A stretch of DNA of 64,000 nt, from contig JAVBWN010000014.1 in NCBI GenBank assembly GCA_036677365.1, positions 32,001 to 96,000 of the forward strand. Direction: 5' to 3'. Of this stretch, positions 28,968 through 38,356 are shown piece by piece; the stretch's first letter is position 1, and each line of letters starts with the position of its first letter. The translations under genes were made by a program, and so were the position numbers. The notes under the pieces were generated by a model that saw only the letters and a list, made by a program, of their open reading frames with translations, was not told where the DNA came from and made no database searches. This DNA is from Acholeplasma sp. (GTDB lineage Bacteria > Bacillota_I > Bacilli_A > Acholeplasmatales > UBA5453).

Positions 28968-29033
28968 GAAAACACCCCTTTACACCATTATACTAGAAAA
29001 AAAACACCTTGAGTTATACCCAAGGTGGAAATA

Positions 29034-29585
29034 CTAAAATAAGTATAAAGTCATACCCAACACCGCACTGATGAGCACCAAATGGATCGGTGTGAGTTTT
29101 TTATAGAAGGATAACCCTAAGACAACAACAAAGATGATCAAGGCGATATAATCAAAATCCACACTAACAAAATAATCGCCTAGAATGCTATGAAGTAAGA
29201 CCGATAACCCCGCAGATAATATTAAACCCAAAATCACCGGTTTTAAGAATTTTAAGATGGTTTGAACCGGTTTGGTTTTAATGAATTTGTCCGAAAAATA
29301 CGCAATCAACAAAATGATGATAAAGCTTGGGAGTACTACCCCTAAGGTAGCGAATACCGAACCCCATACCCCATAGGTATGATACCCAGCGAAGGTTGCC
29401 ATATTGACAGCGAATGGCCCTGGGGTGGATTCTGCGATGCCGATGAACTGATTGACTTGGTCAATCGTTAAATAGCCACCATTGACCATTTCCTGGCGAA
29501 TGAGTGGAATCATCGCGTAACCCCCACCAAAGGTGAATAAACCGATTTTAAAGAAGATTAAAAAGAGTTCTAATAGTTCAATCAT
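29034..29585 (-). CDS. chrA: Short-chain chromate transporter subunit
   Basis: FTFGGGYAM, ESTPGP, LPSF. Confidence 0.88.
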   Translation of the reverse strand: MIELLELFLIFFKIGLFTFGGGYAMIPLIRQEMVNGGYLTIDQVNQFIGIAESTPGPFAVNMATFAGYHTYGVWGSVFATLGVVLPSFIIILLIAYFSDKFIKTKPVQTILKFLKPVILGLILSAGLSVLLHSILGDYFVSVDFDYIALIIFVVVLGLSFYKKLTPIHLVLISAVLGMTLYLF

Positions 29586-30136
29586 GCTTGCATTCTCCTT
29601 TCAATCGCGGTGTAGATCAAAGCGAATACCGCAGTCAAAATCAGCAATAAAACGACACTGAAATTGGTAAAGAAAGATACCACGAACGCAATCACCAACA
29701 ATACCCCGTTGATGAGGTTGATTTTAACTTTTTTAGAGAGTTTGAATAACGCATGAAAAATGAGTACAGGCACACCAGCCCCAATCCCAGCTAAAGCATT
29801 TTGGAGTGTGGTATTATCTGAGAATGCTTGTAAGAATAAAGATACCAATAAAATCACGATGAAGCTCGGTAACACGACACCTAGGGTTGCGAACAATGAC
29901 CCTAAAAACTTCGCTTTATGGTACCCAATATATGTCGCCCCATTGATGGCAAATGGCCCTGGGGTGGCTTCACTGATAGTGATGAGTTCTAACATGGTAT
30001 CTTCATCGATCCATTTCTTTTTTTCAACGATATCTTTTTGCATGACCCCAATCATCGCGTATCCCCCACCAAAGGTGAATAAGCCAATCTTGAAGAAGGT
30101 GCTGAAGATATCTAAATACATTTTTAGTTTAGTCAT
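29582..30136 (-). CDS. chrA: Short-chain chromate transporter subunit
   Basis: FTFGGGYAM, EATPGP, LPSF; overlaps its paralog. Confidence 0.88.
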   Translation of the reverse strand: MTKLKMYLDIFSTFFKIGLFTFGGGYAMIGVMQKDIVEKKKWIDEDTMLELITISEATPGPFAINGATYIGYHKAKFLGSLFATLGVVLPSFIVILLVSLFLQAFSDNTTLQNALAGIGAGVPVLIFHALFKLSKKVKINLINGVLLVIAFVVSFFTNFSVVLLLILTAVFALIYTAIERRMQA

Positions 30137-30203
30137 AAAAAATACCTCGAAGTTTATTATACGCTTTTATGTCATTTTGTCAAAAAAAGAAGCGAATCGC
30201 TTC

Positions 30204-30596
30204 TCAATTGGCTTTGTCTTCTTTGAATAGATGATACGCATCGACAAATGGGATGAATAGGGGTGGTAACATCGCAGCTGTCGTTAAATTGGTCACCGTC
30301 GCACGTAAATAAGGATACAAGATATGAACCGCATCCTTCTTTAAGAATTCAATGATGTCTGCTTCCGATTCTTTCTCAAACTCAAAGACACCGCGTAAAG
30401 CGATGGTCATATTGAGTGGGTATTGGACATCTAAGGTGTCTTTGACCAAAAAGATCAGTTCAGTGAAAAAGACATTATCCGCCAACTTCCCTGTGTTTCT
30501 TGTGATGTGGTGGTTCAATTGATAGGTGCCACTCACATTCTTATTGACCAAATCCAATTTGGATATGACGATATTCATTCTTTTATAGGCGAGCAT
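30204..30596 (-). CDS. SecB-like chaperone
   Basis: LRGVFEF...AVHILYPYLRATVTNLT...PPLFIP. Confidence 0.75.
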   Translation of the reverse strand: MLAYKRMNIVISKLDLVNKNVSGTYQLNHHITRNTGKLADNVFFTELIFLVKDTLDVQYPLNMTIALRGVFEFEKESEADIIEFLKKDAVHILYPYLRATVTNLTTAAMLPPLFIPFVDAYHLFKEDKAN

Positions 30597-30654
30597 GGTA
30601 TCAACTCCTACTATCATTATATTATAAAAAAGAAAAACCCCGAAGGGTTTATCG

Positions 30655-31890
30655 TTAAATCACAAAGTTTCCGTTTTTAAAGACCACGACTTCTTGACCA
30701 TCGTGCTTAATGCCCACAATCGACATGTCGGCTGAACCAAACATGAAGTCAACATGAATTAAAGACTTGTTATAGCCTTTCTTTTCAAGTTCTTCAATTG
30801 GGGTATTTAAACCGCCTTGAATGTTCATTGGGTAGGCTCTACCTAACGCCATATGGCATGACGCATTTTCATCGTATAAGGTATTTAAGAATAATAAGTT
30901 GGTATTGGAAATTGGGGAATCATAGCTGATCAATGCAATCTCACCAATGTATCTGGAGTTTTCATCGGTATTGAGGAGTTCTTCTAAAGCCTTCTTTTCT
31001 TTTTTCGCATCAAATTCAACGACTTTACCGTCTTTGAAAATCAAATAGAAGTCTTCAATAAGTGTCCCTTGATAGTTGAGTGGTTTGGTTGCAACCACTT
31101 TACCAGAGGTTGCCCATTTGAGCGGCATCGTGAATGTTTCTTCGGTTGGGATGTTTGGATTGAAATAAACACCTGTGGTGGCGTGTTCTCCGCCACCCGA
31201 CCACACGTGGTTTTCAACCAAACCAACGACCAAGTCGGTACCTAGGCTGTTTTTAAAACGCAATTCTTTGAAGTTTAAGTCATTTAAGACTTTGTTGTGT
31301 TTGTGTAAGACATCGTTGTGTGCAGCCCAATTTTCAATTGGGTCAGAGTCTTCATAGACACGGCACGCATTGAAAATCGCGTCCCATAAAGCTTCGGTTG
31401 CTGCTTCACCTTTTAGATTTGGGAATACCGCTTCTGCCCATACTGGGTTCGATGCTGCAACAATCGTCCATTGACCTTTGTTGCCCATGGTGTATTCTCT
31501 TAAGAATGGTAAGGCTTTTTGTGTGCTGGTGAGGGCTTTGGCCATCTTCGTAGCGTCTACCCCTTCATTGACACCAATCACAGGTGAAATGACGTTTAAG
31601 AAGCACGCACCATTGTCTACATAGTATTGGTTGGTTTCAATGATGTAGTTCGGTACTTCTTCTAACGTTTCGACACTTTGGTAATCGTAAGCAAGTCTGG
31701 TGAGGTATTCATCGGACCATTGTACAATGACTTTCTTCGCGCCACATGCATAAGCTTCTTTAACAATCAAACGGGTGAGTTCTTTGGTTTCTGTGGTTGC
31801 ACGAACAACGACCAATTGGTCTTTTTGAACATTCACACCGACTTGACAAGCGAGTTTGGCGTATTTTTCTAATAATGATAGTTTTGGCAT
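30655..31890 (-). CDS. Aminopeptidase, M29 family (PepS/AmpS type)
   Basis: PNIPTEETFT, GEIAL, DENASCHMALG, SLIHVDFM. Confidence 0.92.
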   Translation of the reverse strand: MPKLSLLEKYAKLACQVGVNVQKDQLVVVRATTETKELTRLIVKEAYACGAKKVIVQWSDEYLTRLAYDYQSVETLEEVPNYIIETNQYYVDNGACFLNVISPVIGVNEGVDATKMAKALTSTQKALPFLREYTMGNKGQWTIVAASNPVWAEAVFPNLKGEAATEALWDAIFNACRVYEDSDPIENWAAHNDVLHKHNKVLNDLNFKELRFKNSLGTDLVVGLVENHVWSGGGEHATTGVYFNPNIPTEETFTMPLKWATSGKVVATKPLNYQGTLIEDFYLIFKDGKVVEFDAKKEKKALEELLNTDENSRYIGEIALISYDSPISNTNLLFLNTLYDENASCHMALGRAYPMNIQGGLNTPIEELEKKGYNKSLIHVDFMFGSADMSIVGIKHDGQEVVVFKNGNFVI

Positions 31891-31960
31891 AATTTTTTTC
31901 TCTCCTTGTTGCTAATTATAACACAAATAGACAAAAAACAAATAGTATGTTAAAATATAT

Positions 31961-31991
31961 TTGACATTAACGTAACGTAAAGGTTTATACT
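31961..31991 (+). promoter_or_regulatory. MerR-type promoter with 19 bp spacer and dyad operator
   Basis: TTGACA-19 bp-TATACT; imperfect dyad acattaacgt-a-acgtaaaggt. Confidence 0.8.
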
Positions 31992-32009
31992 GTAATTGGT
32001 GGTGAAAAT

Positions 32010-32765
32010 ATGAGATATACATTGGATGATGTTTCAAAAATGACAGGACTCTCCAAACGGGCTTTACGCTTTTACGAAGAAAAAGGGCTCATTTCTTCCA
32101 AAAGAAACCAGGCGAATTACCGCCTCTACGATTCAGCCGATTTGGACCGAATTCAAACGATTTTATTCCTAACGGCGTTCGATATTGACCTACAAACGAT
32201 CAAGGGGATTCTAGATGACCCAAAAGCCGATTTGTTATCCTTATATGAAACGCATTTAGGAGCACTATATGAAAAAAGAGAAAAGCTCGATTTGATCATT
32301 TCCAACCTCACACTCACCATCGATGCGAAAAGGCGGGATGAAGTCATGAAAGATTCAGACAAGTTTAAAGGATTCAAACAAGACCTCCTTGAAAAAAACG
32401 ATCAGTCTTACAAACAAGAGGTCATTGAGAAGTATGGCGAAGAAGCCTATCAAAAAAGTAGAAAAGCATTTTCTAACATGAGTGAAGCCGATTTTGAACG
32501 CTTTGGTCAATTAGAAAAGAAACTCTTTGAAGCGCTAGAAAAAGCTTCAAATAGTACAGGTGAAACCAAAACGATCCATATGCATGAAGCCTATACACAC
32601 CATAAAGATTGGCTTTCGATGGCGTGGGGGTATTATGACCAAACGGCTCATTTAAACATCTGTCAAATGTATTTGGATGATGAGCGATTTAAAAAGCATT
32701 ACGACGACGTAAAACCTGGTTTTGCACAACTGCTTTATGATTCAGTAAAGAAATCCATCGCTTGA
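32010..32765 (+). CDS. MerR-family regulator with TipAS domain (Mta/TipA-like)
   Basis: N-terminal MerR HTH (ALRFYEEKGLI...NYRLY); C-terminal MYLDDERFKKHYD. Confidence 0.88.
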   Translation: MRYTLDDVSKMTGLSKRALRFYEEKGLISSKRNQANYRLYDSADLDRIQTILFLTAFDIDLQTIKGILDDPKADLLSLYETHLGALYEKREKLDLIISNLTLTIDAKRRDEVMKDSDKFKGFKQDLLEKNDQSYKQEVIEKYGEEAYQKSRKAFSNMSEADFERFGQLEKKLFEALEKASNSTGETKTIHMHEAYTHHKDWLSMAWGYYDQTAHLNICQMYLDDERFKKHYDDVKPGFAQLLYDSVKKSIA

Positions 32766-32826
32766 TGGATTTTTTTCTTATACATGACCCTTCAATTATG
32801 ATAAAATAAACTGGGGTGAGTAAACG

Positions 32827-33408
32827 ATGAGTAAACCCATTGAATGTAAAAAGTGTGGTAAGTTGAATAAGGCTGACGCACCGGTCTGTTGGTCGTGTGG
32901 TTCGGATATTCAACCGAAACTGACGCCTAAAGAAGCCATCCATGAAGAAATTAAATACCGCCATGAAGTATTACATAAAAGACATGTGAGACGTTTTTGG
33001 ATCTTTACCTTCATCGCCATCTTGGTGACCTTTGGATTTGTCATGGTCAATAGCATTTATGGGGTCATGCGTGATGTGGACCCAAACGACTATGTGTCAT
33101 CGGTTCAAATTTATACTGTCGATGATAAGACCTACATTGACATTGAAATTGAAGGTATCAACATGAACCAAACGTCATTACGAATCAAATCCATCATACT
33201 TTCTAATGAAGATAACACATTGGAAATTAGTGGAAATAAAGACATCGAATGGGATGTCATCTATGCTTATGGTATCTTCCGTGCCCGATTGATCATCTCT
33301 ACACCTGTGGCTGAACTCGACGTCTACGATACCGTAAAAGTCAAATTTTCTTATATGTTTTTCAGCAGTATCCTACCTGTTCCACAAGAAAACCTCTATT
33401 TTGAATAA
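32827..33408 (+). CDS. Zinc-ribbon membrane-anchored hypothetical protein
   Basis: CKKC...CWSC followed by one transmembrane segment. Confidence 0.7.
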   Translation: MSKPIECKKCGKLNKADAPVCWSCGSDIQPKLTPKEAIHEEIKYRHEVLHKRHVRRFWIFTFIAILVTFGFVMVNSIYGVMRDVDPNDYVSSVQIYTVDDKTYIDIEIEGINMNQTSLRIKSIILSNEDNTLEISGNKDIEWDVIYAYGIFRARLIISTPVAELDVYDTVKVKFSYMFFSSILPVPQENLYFE

Positions 33409-33417
33409 AAAAGCACA

Positions 33418-35058
33418 TTAATTTTGTGCTTTTTTCTTTAGTAAGTTGTGATCTAATAAGTCTGCTGTATTGGGTCTGGCGTAATAAAAGCCTTGTAAGT
33501 AATCCGACCCATGTTGAATGGTCGCTTCTTGTTCGTATTGTTCTTCAATGCCTTCACAAACCACTTTGAGGTTCAATTCATGGGCGACATCGATCATGAA
33601 TTTTAATAAGGGTACGACATGGTCTTTCGATTGAATGTTTCTGATAAAACTACGGTCAATTTTAATGATATCGATCGGTAGTCTTTGTAAGTAGGTTAAT
33701 GAGGAGTAGCCTGTACCAAAGTCATCTAACGCCACGGAGAATCCCATCTTCTTTAATGCGAGTAAGGTGGTAATCGATTCATCGATGTGGGTAAGGACCG
33801 CCGATTCTGTGATTTCTAGAATCAATCGTGATGGGTCACCATTGAATTTTTCCAACAATACTTGGATGTCACTTAAGAAGTTTGGGTCATTGAGGACTCT
33901 CGCAGATAGGTTGATCGAAACCACCAAATCGATGCCCATGTGGTCCCATAGTTGCAATTGTCGAATCGATTCTTTGATGACAAAATAGGTAATTTCTTTG
34001 ATGTGTCCGGTTTTTTCAGAGATTTCAATGAAATCAAGGGGTGGGATATTCCCTTTAATCGGGTTATGCCAACGGATTAAGGCTTCTACTTTAGAGGCTT
34101 TACCGGTATCGGATTTAACAATGGGTTGATAATACACTTTGAATTCTTTGTTTCTAACCGCCTGATACAACAAATTGGATATTTCAATTTGTTTTTTCAT
34201 GTCATGGTGATAACGTTCATCGTAAATCACCATTTGGTTTTTACCTAAAGATTTCGCTTTACCTAAGGCTAAGTCGACATTGGATAGTAACATTTGTGTG
34301 GTATTACCATCTTGTGGGTAGGTACAAACACCTACCGAAACAGTGATGAAAAACTCTTCGTGGTCTAATATGAATGAACGTTTCAAGCGGTTGAAGCTAT
34401 TTCTGATGATTTCAAGCATTTTTTCTTTACTGCTGAAATTTTTAAGTAATAGGATAAAGCCATCGCCACCGATACGACCCACCAAATGGGGTAAGTTGGC
34501 GTTCAATTTCAATTCATTTGAAATGAGTAAGATGAGTTCATCACCCACCGTGTGGCCTTTAATTTCATTGATGTTGGAAAAATCATCGATGTCTAAATAC
34601 ACAATACCCAATAATTCATTGGGGTGTTGTTCGATGTGTTCATCGATCTTTTTAATGAGCATGTTTCTGGTATATAAGCCTGTTAATGAATCATAGTAAG
34701 CCATTTGTTCCAACTCATGTTCGAGTTCTTTCATGGTTTGGTTGGTTTGTTTTAATTCCAACATCGTTTCATTTAGATGATTCATGATGTTGTAGTAGGT
34801 ATCCATGCGTCTTTTAACGATGACATAAAAGATATACGCTGTCACAGCGACATAAAACAGACCCTTAACCAACTGGAGTTCTTCAACCCTTTGTGGGTCT
34901 TGAACGAGGAGTTTAAGTGCCATGTCTGAAAAGAAAATCCATAAAATACCCAACACCAAGTAAAACCCGATGATTTGTAAAGAGCTGCTCAGTGGGGTGG
35001 TTTTAAAGGCTTGTTCAAACGGTGTCAATTGTTTTCGCATGTCTTTGTCATTCTCCAT
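33418..35058 (-). CDS. Membrane GGDEF-EAL protein, probable c-di-GMP phosphodiesterase
   Basis: Two TM helices, DSLTGL, RIGGDGF (degenerate), VEALIRW, EITE, DDFGTGYSSL, QGFYY. Confidence 0.9.
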   Translation of the reverse strand: MENDKDMRKQLTPFEQAFKTTPLSSSLQIIGFYLVLGILWIFFSDMALKLLVQDPQRVEELQLVKGLFYVAVTAYIFYVIVKRRMDTYYNIMNHLNETMLELKQTNQTMKELEHELEQMAYYDSLTGLYTRNMLIKKIDEHIEQHPNELLGIVYLDIDDFSNINEIKGHTVGDELILLISNELKLNANLPHLVGRIGGDGFILLLKNFSSKEKMLEIIRNSFNRLKRSFILDHEEFFITVSVGVCTYPQDGNTTQMLLSNVDLALGKAKSLGKNQMVIYDERYHHDMKKQIEISNLLYQAVRNKEFKVYYQPIVKSDTGKASKVEALIRWHNPIKGNIPPLDFIEISEKTGHIKEITYFVIKESIRQLQLWDHMGIDLVVSINLSARVLNDPNFLSDIQVLLEKFNGDPSRLILEITESAVLTHIDESITTLLALKKMGFSVALDDFGTGYSSLTYLQRLPIDIIKIDRSFIRNIQSKDHVVPLLKFMIDVAHELNLKVVCEGIEEQYEQEATIQHGSDYLQGFYYARPNTADLLDHNLLKKKAQN

Positions 35059-35201
35059 GGGGATGTCCGCCTTATAGTTATATTATACCCATATATATAA
35101 AAATCTATATCTTTTTGATTACTTTTTTTCTTATTTTTTGAAATAAAAATGAAAAACAGTCGAACATGAACCGCCCCCTGTCAAGTAGACAGTGAAAATA
35201 A

Positions 35202-36029
35202 TTAAACAATTGATTCAATTTTTAAGGCCTGATTCCGAAATTCCATCGGAGTTAAGCCTTTTAGTTTTTCTTGGTACCTTTGTTCATTGTAAAACTGGAT
35301 GTATTGTTCAATAGCTATTTTGAGTTGATTGATGTCATGAAATTGACTTAAATAGTACATTTCGGATTTAAGTGTTCCCCAGAAACTCTCCATTGGTCCA
35401 TTATCAATACACCTACCAACTCTAGACATACTGACTGTCATGCTTCTAGAAGTGAGTTTCTTTTGAAACCCTTTATTCGTGTATTGAAACCCTCGATCAC
35501 TATGAACCATCGGTTTGGCTTCCGGATTAAGTTGGAATGCTTTCTCGAAGGTTTCATTTACCAGTTGGTTGTTATTGGATATCCCCATCTTGTAACTGAT
35601 GATACTGGTATCACATAAATCGATGATGGCACTCAAGTAGAGTTTTGTTGTAGTCCCTATCACCTTGAACTCAGTAACATCCGTTAACCATTTCTCATTA
35701 GGATTATTAGCCTCAAATTGTCTGTTCAAGACATTCTCCGCCGTTATCTCTGGTCTAACCTGAATATAGCCTTTACGCTTTCTACGGATGACTGAGGACA
35801 CACCTATTTTACTCATTAATCGTCTTATTCGTTTCTCATTATAGTTCGTTTGATTACGCTTATTAATCCATAGGGTCATCCGTCTATAGCCTAAGATACC
35901 TTTAAACTCATCGTGATATTCTAGGATCATTTGTGATAACTCGTGATTAATTTTCTCTTCATTTGTTTCTTCATGCTTTAACCATTTATAATAGCTACTT
36001 CGTGTAATCAAAAGGATTTCACATAACAC
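35202..36029 (-). CDS. IS3 transposase OrfB (DDE integrase core)
   Basis: WLTDVTE, HSDRGFQY, DNGPMESFWG; the -1 frame stays open back to the A7 tract at 36131-36137. Confidence 0.92.
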   Translation of the reverse strand: MLCEILLITRSSYYKWLKHEETNEEKINHELSQMILEYHDEFKGILGYRRMTLWINKRNQTNYNEKRIRRLMSKIGVSSVIRRKRKGYIQVRPEITAENVLNRQFEANNPNEKWLTDVTEFKVIGTTTKLYLSAIIDLCDTSIISYKMGISNNNQLVNETFEKAFQLNPEAKPMVHSDRGFQYTNKGFQKKLTSRSMTVSMSRVGRCIDNGPMESFWGTLKSEMYYLSQFHDINQLKIAIEQYIQFYNEQRYQEKLKGLTPMEFRNQALKIESIV

Positions 36030-36064
36030 GAAAACAGGATAGTTTTTCTCCTCATGAAGCCCTT

Positions 36065-36784
36065 TTATTGTTTTGTATTTGGCTTCTTGGCGGACCTTGT
36101 TAAAATATCCCTCCTTTCGATCTCCTGGAATTTTTTTATGACTTCAGCCTCCATCTCTAGACGTTCATTCTTTCGTCTTAGAAGCTCAACTTCACGTTTT
36201 AGTTTCTCAATTTCACTCAAACTCTCAACAGGCTTTCTCTTGCCTCGTTCATCCTTTAAACCTGCTTCACCTTCTAAGTTGTATTTCCTGACCCAGTTAT
36301 ACACCTGTGAATAAGCTGTCTCAAACTTCTCCGCTGCGAGTTTATATTCGTTGTTATGTTCGATTGTCCACTTCACGATCTCTAACTTTTCTTCATAACT
36401 CACTTTTCTTGATTTCGCCATATAGACAGTCCCCTTTGGATCATATGCTTTGATCTCGTTATGTCTATTATACTTGGAAACCCAACTCTTAATCACGGCG
36501 TTTGATGTAATTCCATATTGCTTTGCTAACTCTAGATATGAACCTTCTCCATTGACATACGCTCTTATTACCTCGGTTTTGAATGGTTTGGTGTATGAAC
36601 GGTTTCTTGGTTTATCCTCAAATGCTATTCCCCCCATCGATTCATAGTTTCTAATCCATTGTCTAATACTGTTTACATTACACCTTAATTCCTGTGCGAT
36701 TTTTAGTATGGATTTGTTCCCTGATTGATATGCTTTGATTGCTTTGATTTTTGTTTCTTTACTGAATCTTGTTCTTCTTGACAT
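36065..36784 (-). CDS. IS3 transposase OrfA (tandem HTH domains)
   Basis: Three HTH-like repeats and a C-terminal leucine-zipper-like segment. Confidence 0.9.
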   Translation of the reverse strand: MSRRTRFSKETKIKAIKAYQSGNKSILKIAQELRCNVNSIRQWIRNYESMGGIAFEDKPRNRSYTKPFKTEVIRAYVNGEGSYLELAKQYGITSNAVIKSWVSKYNRHNEIKAYDPKGTVYMAKSRKVSYEEKLEIVKWTIEHNNEYKLAAEKFETAYSQVYNWVRKYNLEGEAGLKDERGKRKPVESLSEIEKLKREVELLRRKNERLEMEAEVIKKFQEIERRDILTRSAKKPNTKQ

Positions 36785-36881
36785 AAAGAAAAATCCCCTC
36801 TCTGTATACTTCTACAAACTTTAATTATTTGTAGTGTCTACTTTAAGGGGATCATATCACAATGAACTGTTTTTTTGTGGT

Positions 36882-37556
36882 CTATTTTAATAAAAATGAA
36901 TCAAATGAGTCTTCTTCAGCTTGAGGTTGTTCTTCAACCACTTCAGGGGTCTTATTACCACCACTGATTTGTAGATAAAACTCAGCATTGGTGAGTGAAA
37001 AATAAGGTGCTACCCAGATCAATGCGATTCCAAATGTGATGACACATAATATAAACCATCCGATAAATGAAAGCCAAAGTATAAATAAATCCATCTTATA
37101 GCCTTTCATCATTTCCTGTGAACGGTCTAATGCTTCCGTAAGGCTGATGTTTGGGTTTTCAGCTAAAAGGTAAGGCGCCATCGCATACGCAAATATTTTA
37201 ATGATACCAGGAATGATGAATAATAACAACCAAAGTAAAATGAAAATGCCGGTTAAATATGCCAAAAGAATGCTTTTGACAAAACTCTCTTTGAATCCAT
37301 CAAACATAACATCAAACTCTGGATTTAATGATTTTGAAAAAAGAATAAAATACTTCATCAAACCAATTTGCAATGGTGCAGTTACAATCGTTGTAATCAA
37401 ACTTGCGTATAGCATGTCCTTTGTAATATACGTCATAATGCTGTTTATGACAATGTAAACCAACGCTACCGCAATCGGACCTCCCCAGTTACCGGAAAGT
37501 TTTCCCCAGGCCAATTGTCTAAAATCACTACTGTTCATGTTTAAGTCCTCCTGCAA
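36882..37556 (-). CDS. DUF975-family membrane protein
   Basis: LLLFIIPGIIKIFAYAM...SQEMMKGYKMDLFIL.LSFIGW. Confidence 0.85.
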   Translation of the reverse strand: MQEDLNMNSSDFRQLAWGKLSGNWGGPIAVALVYIVINSIMTYITKDMLYASLITTIVTAPLQIGLMKYFILFSKSLNPEFDVMFDGFKESFVKSILLAYLTGIFILLWLLLFIIPGIIKIFAYAMAPYLLAENPNISLTEALDRSQEMMKGYKMDLFILWLSFIGWFILCVITFGIALIWVAPYFSLTNAEFYLQISGGNKTPEVVEEQPQAEEDSFDSFLLK

Positions 37557-37628
37557 TCAATTTTAACACAAACTATATGAAAAAAACACACCCAATTTAG
37601 TGTGTTTTTAAGTGGCTCTAAAATATTC

Positions 37629-38225
37629 CTATTTTTGGAACTTCGCTTCAACGATATCCCAGTTGATGACTGAGAAGAATGCAGCGACATAATCTGGACG
37701 TCTGTTTTGATAGTTTAGGTAATAAGCGTGTTCCCAAACGTCTAAGCCTAAGATTGGTGTACCTTCAGCGAGTGGGGTATCTTGGTTTGGTGTAGAAGTG
37801 ACTACCAAACCTTTAGGGGTTTTAACCAACCATGCCCAACCAGAACCGAAACGGGTCTTAGCGGCATTACCAAACGCTTCTTTAAACGCGTCAAATGATC
37901 CAAATGCGGCATTGATGGCTTCTAACAATGCACCTTTTGGTGCTTTTGCGCCACCTGGGGTTAAGATTTCCCAGAATAGCGTGTGGTTGAAATGTCCGCC
38001 TGCATTGTTTCTAAGTGCCATACGGATATCTTCAGGGACTAAGTTGAGGTCTTTTAAGAATACCTCAAGTGGTAAATTAAATTCAGGGTGTTTTTCCAAG
38101 GCAGCATTCGCGTTGGTGACATACGCATTGTGGTGTTTGGAATAATGGATTTCCATTGTTCTTGCATCAATGACTGGTTCTAATGCTTCATAAGCATAAC
38201 CTAATTTAGGTAATTCAAATTTCAT
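37629..38225 (-). CDS. sodA: Superoxide dismutase, Mn-type signature
   Basis: [36 protein letters not shown]. Confidence 0.93.
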   Translation of the reverse strand: MKFELPKLGYAYEALEPVIDARTMEIHYSKHHNAYVTNANAALEKHPEFNLPLEVFLKDLNLVPEDIRMALRNNAGGHFNHTLFWEILTPGGAKAPKGALLEAINAAFGSFDAFKEAFGNAAKTRFGSGWAWLVKTPKGLVVTSTPNQDTPLAEGTPILGLDVWEHAYYLNYQNRRPDYVAAFFSVINWDIVEAKFQK

Positions 38226-38356
38226 AGTTATAAATCCTCCTTCAACACTAACATTGTACTCCAAAATCTTATTTAAAACAAACCAAATGCTTATTTATAA
38301 AACCATGATTATTTGAAAAATGGAAACGTTGTGCTATAATAAGCCATGGCAAGTAG

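Larger units (their letters stand above)
35167..36859 (-). mobile_element. IS3-family insertion sequence (about 1.69 kb)
   Basis: TG...CA ends with 40 bp imperfect IRs (29/40 match, shared aagtagaca and aaataattaaa); orfA/orfB layout. Confidence 0.92.

Noticed and set aside
29034..30136. Tandem similar chrA genes as a recent duplication
   Set aside because: Paired short-chain chromate transporter genes are the normal arrangement for this family.
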